64,000 bases of DNA from Clostridia bacterium (GTDB taxonomy: Bacteria > Bacillota > Clostridia > UMGS1883 > UMGS1540), in contig JAFSAU010000008.1 in the NCBI GenBank assembly GCA_017442155.1, positions 67,649 through 131,648 on the forward strand. Direction: 5' to 3'. The notes under the pieces were generated by a model, which searched no databases, was not told the origin of the DNA, and saw nothing but the letters and a program-made list of their open reading frames with translations. This document shows positions 9,603-17,782 of the stretch, piece after piece. How positions within the stretch are numbered: the stretch's first letter is position 1; the number at the start of each line of letters is the position of its first letter. Position numbers and translations under genes: made by a program.

Positions 9603-12600
9603 ATGAAACTCACAAGACTATGTACACTCTTTTGCGCTTTCCTGATGCTGTGCAGTACAGAAATTCCTGCACAGGCGGCGTCTTATTCCTTTACGGAAAT
9701 TTCTGCACACACACTGGTGGATAAAGTGAACGCACAGGAACTTTTGGTAAATGGTGATTTTTCCACGTCGGAGAGCGACACGAAACCGCTGGGCTGGGGA
9801 ATAAATCCCGGAACCTTTGGTGCAGGTGAAACCGCTGAGCATATCCGCGGTAATGCATCGTGTGTAAAGCTGAACTACCCCGGTACAGGATATGCATCAC
9901 TTTCCCAGACTGTGGTGCTGAAGGATGCGGATGGAAAGAAATGTCAGTTTTCTGCACGGATAAAAGGCGAACCCTCGGAACAGGATGTTCGTGTCCGTAT
10001 ATCGTTTTGGGTTTCGCAAAACGGCACGGTGGTAGAACATTCCGATGTTATTAACGTGTTTTTTGCTGATATAAACACAAATACATGGACACAGAAGATT
10101 ATTGCATTTACGTTGCCGGAGAACATTCAAAGAATTACAATCCGCGCACAACTGCACAGCGATCTTGCGATGTATGTGGATGATATGTCTCTGCGTATGG
10201 AGGGGCTTGCAGAGGCAGACGCAGAGGAAAAAAAGCCTGTGCTGGAGGACTATGAGATGCTTGTGAATGGCGATTTTTCGGAAGCAAGTGAGGACGGTCT
10301 GACAGTTACGGGCTGGCGGCCGGAGCCGGGAAAGGGCGGAACCTTTGACGGCCGGGGCGCAGTGCTGGAAAATGACGGCGATGCACAGGGGAACTATGCA
10401 AAGGTCCTGACCGGAGAAACATTGCCGCAGCTGCGGCAGACGGTTACGGGACTTATGCCGACAGCGGAGTACCGCCTGACGTTTAAGTATAAAAATCCAA
10501 CCGCAAACGCCGTAAGTTTTTCCTGCCAGATGCAGTACAGAAAAGGAACAGCAGACATAGAGCTGGACGGCACAAAGAATATGATGGCGTATAGTAGTCA
10601 AACATGGCAGAACGGATTTTTTGATTTTGAATGTCCGGAAGAAGCGGATGGCTGTCTTGTCAGTTTCCGGAATCTTTCAGCCGCCGGGGAGCTTTACATT
10701 GATGATGCCAGCTTGTATATGACAAGAAAGCCCTACCTTGCCCTTGTAGAGACGGATGAACGTTTTTACTATACGGAGTGGAAAACCGGCTTTGTTACAG
10801 TAGAGGACAGAGGGAACGGCGAATCTCTTGCCGGTGGAAAAGCAGTTTTTACTGTTTTGGATGGCAATACAGCGGTGCTTTCGCCGCGGGAAAAGACGCT
10901 GACAGACGAAAAAACTGTATTTGAATTTTCTACAGCGCAGGCACTTTCCGAAAAGGGAAAGGAATATACGTCCGAGGTAAAAATTTATGATGCAGATGGC
11001 AAGCTCGTAGAAACCCAGTGCCATCCCATCTACCGGTATGACCGGCCCACATATCTGGGGGCAGACGGCGTGTTCCGTAAGCCGGACCGAAACGGTGGCA
11101 TGATAGAGAAGAATATTTCTATCGGAAACAACGTACCCTTTACGCTCATAGATAATACGGGAGATGAGATAAGCGATCTTGGAATCACCGTGGTGCAGAT
11201 GGGTACGGATGAGGCAAAACGTCCGCTTCTGGAGCGTATGGATGCGGTAGAGGCGGCCGGCCTGCATGTGCTTATTTCTCTTTATAACGGAAAGAAGAGT
11301 GGCGGTCACCCTGATATGCTGGAAAATACCGTGCAGACGGTAAATGCAGTCAAAGATCATCCTGCACTTTTTGGGTATAAGGTGCAGGATGAGCCGATAC
11401 AGAAGATGAATACAGAGGATGAACTGGCAACGGCCTATAAGCTGATCCGGGATCTTGACCCGCATCATCCTATTTATCTGGATGATTCGGGGGAAGGTTC
11501 TTATAAACGTATGGCTCGGGTCTGCGATATTATGGACATTGACCACTACCCATCGACAGGGGCCTACAGAGCCTCTGTCATCGGTGAAAAAATCGAGGCG
11601 GGCGTAGCGGCAGTAAAGGCCAGAAAGCCGGTATTGCTTCTGCAGCAGGGCTTCGAGATTGGCGGAGAAATGCCGAGCGCAAATGAGTTTCGTCACTATG
11701 CGTACCAAACGATGTTTTCCGGCGGCTCAGCCGTAGGATATCACTCCTTCGGGGGCGAGCCGGGACATCTGGCACCGGGGCTTGACGAATGGGACGGTTT
11801 ATGCAAATTTGCAGATTGGGAGCTTACCTTCCTGTTCGATGCCACCGTCAACCGCAAGTATCCCATGCTAAGCGAAGAAAAGACGGATGCCGTCTGGTGG
11901 CGTACTTATGTAAAGGATGGTAAAATCTATGCCGCAATCCTGAACCGGAAAGTGGCAGAAGAAAATGTGGCCGATGTGGTACTTTCTGATTTTGACGGCA
12001 CGATATCTGCTGATGGCTTTATGGCAAAACGGATTGCAGGCGGAACGGAAGAAACCATAACAGAAACGGGTAACGTTTTCAGGAAGAACCTGGAAGGCAT
12101 GGCCGCATATTTATATGAAATCACGCCAAAGAATACCATGGACTTCAGCGGCCTGAAAACCACAAAATACAGAGACCTGACCGGGTATGGTTGGGCATAC
12201 AACGCTATCTTGACAATGGAAGAAGCCGGGGTTGTCAATGATAAAACAGCGGTAAGCTTTGCACCCGGTGAAAATATTACCCGTGGCGATTTTGCCTCTT
12301 TCCTGATTCGGGCACTGGGGCTGACAGCAGATTCCACCGAAAATTTTGCTGATGTGCCTGCAGATGCACCGTATGCAAAGGAAATTGCAACAGGGAAAAA
12401 GCTTGGTGTATTGAACGGCATTGGTGACAACAGGTTTAATCCCGAAGGCGAAATCACCCGGCAGGACCTTATGGCAATCGCAGCCCGCGGTATGCGGGTT
12501 TGCCGTGAGCTTAATGAAGGAGAGGAGGAGATGCTGCAGGGCTATGCCGACGCCGGACTGATTGCGGAGTACGCAAAGCTGGATGTTGCCGCAATGGTGC

Positions 12601-12716
12601 GTGCTAATATCGTAAAAGGCAATGCGGACGGTACAATTAACCCCCTTGGCAATACAACGAGAGCTGAGGCGGCGGTCATAGCGAACAGAATGAGTCAGTG
12701 GAAGAAGGATCCATGA
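9603..12716 (+). CDS. Secreted CBM4/9-like x2 + GH-A-like TIM barrel + C-terminal 3x SLH protein (paralog A3)
   Basis: 1037-aa ORF with RBS AAGGGGGA and a signal peptide. It shares the motif set 'IYRYDRPTYLGADGVFRKPDRNG', 'DHPALFGYKVQDEP', 'IRDLDPHHPIY', 'DIMDIDHYP', 'LQQGFEI' and 'AVWWRTYV'. Three SLH repeats sit at the C-terminus. It is a tandem paralog of 6502-9591. Confidence 0.8.
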   Translation: MKLTRLCTLFCAFLMLCSTEIPAQAASYSFTEISAHTLVDKVNAQELLVNGDFSTSESDTKPLGWGINPGTFGAGETAEHIRGNASCVKLNYPGTGYASLSQTVVLKDADGKKCQFSARIKGEPSEQDVRVRISFWVSQNGTVVEHSDVINVFFADINTNTWTQKIIAFTLPENIQRITIRAQLHSDLAMYVDDMSLRMEGLAEADAEEKKPVLEDYEMLVNGDFSEASEDGLTVTGWRPEPGKGGTFDGRGAVLENDGDAQGNYAKVLTGETLPQLRQTVTGLMPTAEYRLTFKYKNPTANAVSFSCQMQYRKGTADIELDGTKNMMAYSSQTWQNGFFDFECPEEADGCLVSFRNLSAAGELYIDDASLYMTRKPYLALVETDERFYYTEWKTGFVTVEDRGNGESLAGGKAVFTVLDGNTAVLSPREKTLTDEKTVFEFSTAQALSEKGKEYTSEVKIYDADGKLVETQCHPIYRYDRPTYLGADGVFRKPDRNGGMIEKNISIGNNVPFTLIDNTGDEISDLGITVVQMGTDEAKRPLLERMDAVEAAGLHVLISLYNGKKSGGHPDMLENTVQTVNAVKDHPALFGYKVQDEPIQKMNTEDELATAYKLIRDLDPHHPIYLDDSGEGSYKRMARVCDIMDIDHYPSTGAYRASVIGEKIEAGVAAVKARKPVLLLQQGFEIGGEMPSANEFRHYAYQTMFSGGSAVGYHSFGGEPGHLAPGLDEWDGLCKFADWELTFLFDATVNRKYPMLSEEKTDAVWWRTYVKDGKIYAAILNRKVAEENVADVVLSDFDGTISADGFMAKRIAGGTEETITETGNVFRKNLEGMAAYLYEITPKNTMDFSGLKTTKYRDLTGYGWAYNAILTMEEAGVVNDKTAVSFAPGENITRGDFASFLIRALGLTADSTENFADVPADAPYAKEIATGKKLGVLNGIGDNRFNPEGEITRQDLMAIAARGMRVCRELNEGEEEMLQGYADAGLIAEYAKLDVAAMVRANIVKGNADGTINPLGNTTRAEAAVIANRMSQWKKDP

Positions 12717-12776
12717 AGGGCATTCGGCAGTGATACGGCATTTTATGCCGCACAGCTCACTGCTGAGGAACGAGCG

Positions 12777-13286
12777 GTGTACTACGATATGCTGATGGCA
12801 GAGACCGGCGGTACGTATGACGGCGCGGTGTGGCAATCGACACGGATAGAGAATGGTTTGACGTATACGCTGATTGTCAACGGAGGCCGTACTGCGGTAG
12901 AGAGAGCAGCGGCGGGGACATACGCAAAAGAGCTGGTGATTGAAAACGGAAGCAGCGTTTTTGATAACGCCGGTGGGGGCTTTATAGCTTCGCTCCCTCC
13001 GCACAGCAGTCTCTTTTTCACGACGGGTGATGCACTTTTACCCGGCCTTTACGTCGGGAACACCGCAAAAGCAACTTTTGAAAACGGAGCCGTATTCCGA
13101 GCAGCAGGTGAGACCCGGATTGGGGCAATGTACCAAAAATATGGTACAATGTGGGAGCTCGACTGTCTGTATGCAGATGGCGAAAATGTAACGGCAGACA
13201 AAGGGATTTGCAAATTCAGGGCTTTTTCCTGGGATGCAGCACTTTCGCCGCAGAAGAGTGCAGCTACGGTAATCCAAAAGCCGTAA
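12777..13286 (+). CDS. Uncertain ORF (169 aa, GTG start), no signal peptide and no recognisable domain; in the same frame as the upstream gene across its TGA stop
   Basis: The frame is open from 12717 to 13286 and is the same frame as 9603-12716, separated only by TGA at 12714-12716. A weak GAGGAA lies 10 nt before the GTG. Base composition is coding-like, but there is no supporting similarity. Confidence 0.25.
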   Translation: MYYDMLMAETGGTYDGAVWQSTRIENGLTYTLIVNGGRTAVERAAAGTYAKELVIENGSSVFDNAGGGFIASLPPHSSLFFTTGDALLPGLYVGNTAKATFENGAVFRAAGETRIGAMYQKYGTMWELDCLYADGENVTADKGICKFRAFSWDAALSPQKSAATVIQKP

Positions 13287-13332
13287 CCGGCACACCGGAA
13301 AGAAAACAAAAATTTAGGAGGATTGAACGAGT

Positions 13333-14916
13333 ATGAAAACAAAAATTTTAATTTTGGCACTGGTTCTGGTAATGGTTGGCACATGTATGCCCGCAGTGGC
13401 GGTACAGCCTACGGGTGAAAATTTGATTACAAATGGTTCCTTTGAGGATGGGCTCACGGGCTGGAAGCTTGCAAAGGGCGCCAGCGGAGAGCCGGCACTT
13501 ACCGTGTCTTCCGGTACAGTGACAGCAGATGAAAAAACGGATGGAAGCAGTGCTGTCATGATAACCGGCACAAGCGATGAGAGAGCGGTGCTCCGTCAGT
13601 TTCTGCCTGCCGGAACGCTGGAAGCGGGCAAGCAATATCAGATTTCTGCCTGCATCAATATTACATCCGGTACAAAAGCAAGAATCGCTCTTCGTGAAGG
13701 AGATATTTATAACGGCACTGCGGTGTGCGATTTGATTGGAAGAACGCCGTTTGGTACTGATACCATGTTAAGCACTGGTATTACGAATGGTTGGGTTCGT
13801 CTCTCTAAGGTATTTACTTGTGGGGAATCGACAGCGACAAACGGATGTTCTTTTATCGTGGATACGAATACTAACGCTCTTGAACTTTATATTGATGACG
13901 TGCAGCTTCGGGAAACAGACACGGGTCTTTTGAAAGATAACGGTGAATTTGAGACATTCTCGCCGGATTTTTCCTTTCTGACCGAGGAGCAGCACACCAC
14001 TTGGCTTGGCCGTACAAATGCAACTATGCCGGGAGACCTGACGCTGAAGCGGCTGGAACGGACAGAGGATTACGGTACAGCACTGTGTCTTACCGGTAAA
14101 GGTTCTGGTGTCAACAGCACGATCCTTTTTAATCTTGACAGCGCAAAGCTTTCTGCCCTCGCAGCAGATACCCCGATTAAATTCAGCTTCCGCATAAAGG
14201 TGGTAAAGGAAACGGTGGGTGAAGAAGATAAGAATGCCAATGTGTCCTTCGGTCACAGGAAAAAACAGAGTGGAAATACTGGTGGACGATTTTCAGCATG
14301 GCCCTGCACCATACCGAAGGAATATTTCAATCAGTGGGTCACTGTGGAGCATTGGTTCCCGTATAGACCTGTAGCAGACCAGGTGTACCGTTTGGATCTT
14401 GGTATAAATGATGCGAGCATGCAGTTTTTACTTGATGATTTTTCGGCAGTGGCGGAGGAGACTGCTGCTGTTGCGGAAGGCAAAACAATTTTCCTGTATG
14501 AGGAACTGAAAACGATTGGAAACGGCGGCGATGAATATAGCGCAACACGCCCCGATACCTTCTTAACGACTCGTGCAAGCATCGATGAAGCATACACACT
14601 TGACGAAACAGCAAATATTTATGTACGCTATCCCACCATGGAGGGCACCGAGCAGAAGGGAACCATAGTTTGTGCGGTGTATAGCACAAACGAAGATGGC
14701 ATGAAAATGCTGGAAACGGTAAAAACCGGCGATGCCACTGCCATTGTAGCAGGCGACTGCGGCACAGTGGTTGAGTTCCCCTTGACCGGGATTACCGTAC
14801 AGGATGGTAAGACCTATACGCTGGAGACCATGGTATGGGACGGCGTTTCCGGGCTCAGACCGCTGGCAGGTGCCGCAAAGCTGGTTGCGCCGATTACAGA
14901 AGCGACAGCAGAGTGA
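13333..14916 (+). CDS. Secreted protein with two CBM4/9-like jelly-roll modules and a C-terminal beta-sandwich domain; no catalytic barrel, no SLH
   Basis: 527-aa ORF with a strong RBS AGGAGG and signal peptide MKTKILILALVLVMVGTCMPAVAV. It carries 'ENLITNGSFEDGLTGWKL...YQISACINI...LELYIDDVQLRE' and a second module 'LLKDNGEFETF...QFLLDDFSAV'. The C-terminal ~130 aa end '...TYTLETMVWDGVSGLRPL'. Confidence 0.7.
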   Translation: MKTKILILALVLVMVGTCMPAVAVQPTGENLITNGSFEDGLTGWKLAKGASGEPALTVSSGTVTADEKTDGSSAVMITGTSDERAVLRQFLPAGTLEAGKQYQISACINITSGTKARIALREGDIYNGTAVCDLIGRTPFGTDTMLSTGITNGWVRLSKVFTCGESTATNGCSFIVDTNTNALELYIDDVQLRETDTGLLKDNGEFETFSPDFSFLTEEQHTTWLGRTNATMPGDLTLKRLERTEDYGTALCLTGKGSGVNSTILFNLDSAKLSALAADTPIKFSFRIKVVKETVGEEDKNANVSFGHRKKQSGNTGGRFSAWPCTIPKEYFNQWVTVEHWFPYRPVADQVYRLDLGINDASMQFLLDDFSAVAEETAAVAEGKTIFLYEELKTIGNGGDEYSATRPDTFLTTRASIDEAYTLDETANIYVRYPTMEGTEQKGTIVCAVYSTNEDGMKMLETVKTGDATAIVAGDCGTVVEFPLTGITVQDGKTYTLETMVWDGVSGLRPLAGAAKLVAPITEATAE

Positions 14917-14936
14917 ACAATTGGAGGTAAGACAAA

Positions 14937-15719
14937 ATGAAATTTCGCGATAAGTTATGGCTCTGGGGCCAGACAGAAGGCTCACATCATATAAACGACG
15001 CCTTCAAGCTGCCGGGACAGAGCCGCATGACACCTTTGGAGGGTGCATACTATTTTGGCATCCATAACATGTGCCGTGTTGTTATGATGGGGCTTCCGAA
15101 GCTCCCCTTCGACCAGGACCAGATGGTGCTGGATACGATGGAAAACGTGGTCTGGTCCATTATCGGTGACGGAACAAGCGGAAAAGCCGATTATACAGAC
15201 GAGATTATCCGTCTTTCGCACAAATATCCGAACATTACAGGTGTAATTATGGATGATATTATGCGTTTGCCGAGAATGGAAATCTTTTCGCCGGAGTCGT
15301 ACCGGGTTTTCAAGGAAAAGCTGAAGGATGCGGCACGTCCGATGCCTCTGTGGTGTACCATCTATACCCATCAGCTGACAGAAGAGAGAATTCCTTACAT
15401 TGCGGAATGTGATGTCCTAACGCTCTGGACCTGGCATCAGGAGGATTTACCGGCTATCCGTGAAAACCTGGCAAAGCTTCGCACGCTTTCCGGTGACCAG
15501 CCGATTTACGGCGGTCTGTATATGTGGGATTACGGCAATAAAAAGGAAATCAGCGATGATTTAATGCAGCTGCAGCTGGATACCTATTACGAACTTCTTA
15601 AAAATAAGGAGATTGCCGGCGTGATTGTCTGCTCCAACTGCTGTGCCGATGTGGGGCTGAAGACCTCGGATATGGTGCGGGATTGGATTCGCGAGCATGG
15701 CGATGAAGAAATAGAATAG
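14937..15719 (+). CDS. Hypothetical cytoplasmic protein (260 aa), no signal peptide
   Basis: ORF with RBS GGAGGT. It sits between genes for exported proteins and is co-directional with them. No recognisable motifs. Confidence 0.6.
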   Translation: MKFRDKLWLWGQTEGSHHINDAFKLPGQSRMTPLEGAYYFGIHNMCRVVMMGLPKLPFDQDQMVLDTMENVVWSIIGDGTSGKADYTDEIIRLSHKYPNITGVIMDDIMRLPRMEIFSPESYRVFKEKLKDAARPMPLWCTIYTHQLTEERIPYIAECDVLTLWTWHQEDLPAIRENLAKLRTLSGDQPIYGGLYMWDYGNKKEISDDLMQLQLDTYYELLKNKEIAGVIVCSNCCADVGLKTSDMVRDWIREHGDEEIE

Positions 15720-15801
15720 TTTTTTCGGCCGTGCCGGAGGGTATTTGGAGGGAGCCTTCCGGCATGGCTGAAACTGTAATGCAGCAAAAAGGAGAAATCA
15801 C

Positions 15802-17751
15802 ATGGAAAAACTGAAACGAGGGATTCATCTTGATTTCCACACCTTGCCCGGTATTTATAACTTCGGCGAATCGTTTGATGCCGAGGTGTTTGCTGAGCGG
15901 CTGAAAAACGCAAACGTTGAAATTATCAACGCATTTTTTCAGTGTAATATCGGGCATGTGTACTATCCGACGAAGATAGGCGTGCCTTACCCGGATATGA
16001 AGGGTGATATGTTTGGGGACATCGTTCGTGAATGCCGGAAAAGGGGCATTCGCGTTGTAGGATATACGAATACAGCTATAAATCATGTCCAGGCGATTTT
16101 GCATCCCGAATGGCAGAGAGTAGATAGCGAGGGACGGGTGCTGCAGCATGAGAGGACAATAACCAGCAGTTTTTTCCGTACCATGTGCTATAACAGCGAT
16201 GGATACCGCAAGTATTTGTCTTCCCTCATCCGCGAGGTGATAGAGCTATATGATATAGACGGTATTTTCGCTGACTGTATGACACCGAACCCCTTCTGCC
16301 ATTGCCCAAAATGCACACGGGAGATGATAGAAGAGGGGCTGGATGTCACAAATGAAGACCATGTGCGGTATTTTGCACATAAGAAGTTTTTTGAATTTGC
16401 CCATTTGATTCGCAGTTCCGTTCCGGAGGGGAAGCTGGTGCAGCAAACCGGCGTTCCCTTCGACTGGGACGGGGCACAGGACGTCAGCACCCATGGCGAG
16501 CTGGAATGTCTCCCGGCAGGAAGATGGGGCTACGACTTTTTCGGGCCGCAGGTTGCTTATATGCGGAAATGCCGTGACCAAATTTTGTATATGTCCGGCC
16601 GTTTTCATTATAACTGGGGCGATTTCGGTGGCTACAAATCAAAGGCCTCTATGGAAAATGATTGCTATGATGCGCTTTCACAGGGCGTGCAGGTTTCGAT
16701 TGGCGACCATATGCATCCGGCAGGGAATCTGGATAAAAAATTGTATGAAGATATAGGAGAAATCTACAGCCGTGTAAAGGCGTACGAGGCATGGTCGGAT
16801 GATGCTGTATACCGTTCTGAAATCGGCATTCTCAATGATAAAACTGCGGTTACCAAAGACGAAATGCGGGGCGGTCTCGGGCGAAACCCCTCAGTACGTG
16901 GCGCAGCAAGAATGCTGGCAGAGCTGAAGTATGGCTTCGATATTTTAAATGAGGACATGGACTTTGCGCCGTATAAACTGCTGATTTTGCCGGATGACCT
17001 GCACATGTCAGAAAACCTGCAAAAAAAGATTTCTGCCTTTTTGAAAAATGGTGGTAAGGTGATTGCTTCCGGTAGTGCAGGCTTAAATAAGGAGAAAACG
17101 GATTTTGCATGTAAGGAATGGAATTTCATCCGGTTTGATGGTATAGACGAGCATAATGTGTCATTCTTTACCGATGCCGTCCGTACAAGACCGACGGCGA
17201 TGTACCGGCCGGGGATTCGCATGACCTCCGGGTACAAAACGGCCGACTATATTAAACCATATTTTAACCGCCATTTTGACGGTATTCATGGGTATCGGTA
17301 CGTTCCACCGGAAAAGGCAACGGGACAGGCGGCGATTGCAGAAAAGGAGGGCATATGCCATATTTGCTTCCGCATTTTTGAAAGCTATTACTTTGAGGCG
17401 TATGCGGTGCATAAGCAGCTTTTGAATGAAATCATCCGGCGTTTTCTCCCTGTACCGCTTTTAAAGACAGAAGGGATACCGTCCACGGCAAGAGTAACGC
17501 TGACGGGTACGGAAGCGTATGAGCTTCTCCACGTCAAGACAAGTTTCCCGGAGAAACGAGGACATGCAATGAGCGTGATTGAGGAGCATGTAAAGCTTCC
17601 GGCAGGGGAATGCATCTCAGTAAAGGGTGCATATAAGGCGGTATACCGGCTGCCGGAAAAAACGCCGATTGCATTTGTAGCAGATGGAGCATATACCAAG
17701 GTGCATCTGCCTGAAATTGACGGCTATGCAATGTTTCTCTTGGAAAAATAG
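15802..17751 (+). CDS. Putative cytoplasmic glycoside-hydrolase-like protein (GHL6-type N-terminal TIM-like region plus beta-galactosidase-trimerisation (GH42 M)-like domain)
   Basis: 649-aa ORF with RBS AAGGAG and no signal peptide. The central segment 'ELKYGFDILNEDMDFAPYKLLILPDDLHMSENLQKKISAFLKNGGKVIASGSAG' matches the GH42 trimerisation/class-I glutamine-amidotransferase-like pattern (YKLvvlP...L..yV..GG..v). The N-terminus 'GIHLDFHT...' is consistent with the GHL6 family. The assignment rests on motif recall only. Confidence 0.5.
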   Translation: MEKLKRGIHLDFHTLPGIYNFGESFDAEVFAERLKNANVEIINAFFQCNIGHVYYPTKIGVPYPDMKGDMFGDIVRECRKRGIRVVGYTNTAINHVQAILHPEWQRVDSEGRVLQHERTITSSFFRTMCYNSDGYRKYLSSLIREVIELYDIDGIFADCMTPNPFCHCPKCTREMIEEGLDVTNEDHVRYFAHKKFFEFAHLIRSSVPEGKLVQQTGVPFDWDGAQDVSTHGELECLPAGRWGYDFFGPQVAYMRKCRDQILYMSGRFHYNWGDFGGYKSKASMENDCYDALSQGVQVSIGDHMHPAGNLDKKLYEDIGEIYSRVKAYEAWSDDAVYRSEIGILNDKTAVTKDEMRGGLGRNPSVRGAARMLAELKYGFDILNEDMDFAPYKLLILPDDLHMSENLQKKISAFLKNGGKVIASGSAGLNKEKTDFACKEWNFIRFDGIDEHNVSFFTDAVRTRPTAMYRPGIRMTSGYKTADYIKPYFNRHFDGIHGYRYVPPEKATGQAAIAEKEGICHICFRIFESYYFEAYAVHKQLLNEIIRRFLPVPLLKTEGIPSTARVTLTGTEAYELLHVKTSFPEKRGHAMSVIEEHVKLPAGECISVKGAYKAVYRLPEKTPIAFVADGAYTKVHLPEIDGYAMFLLEK

Positions 17752-17782
17752 AGTATTGTAATTAAAAAAAGGAGATTTTTAC

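Noticed and set aside
10677-11708. 343-aa minus-strand ORF, and many other 60-300-aa antisense ORFs (e.g. 12111-13004, 2501-3259, 9897-10601, 39753-40523, 45593-46120), lying inside the large plus-strand genes
   Set aside because: They are wholly embedded antisense to long, motif-rich coding regions. They are Cys/Arg/His-rich with low-complexity translations and have no RBS. They are shadow ORFs.
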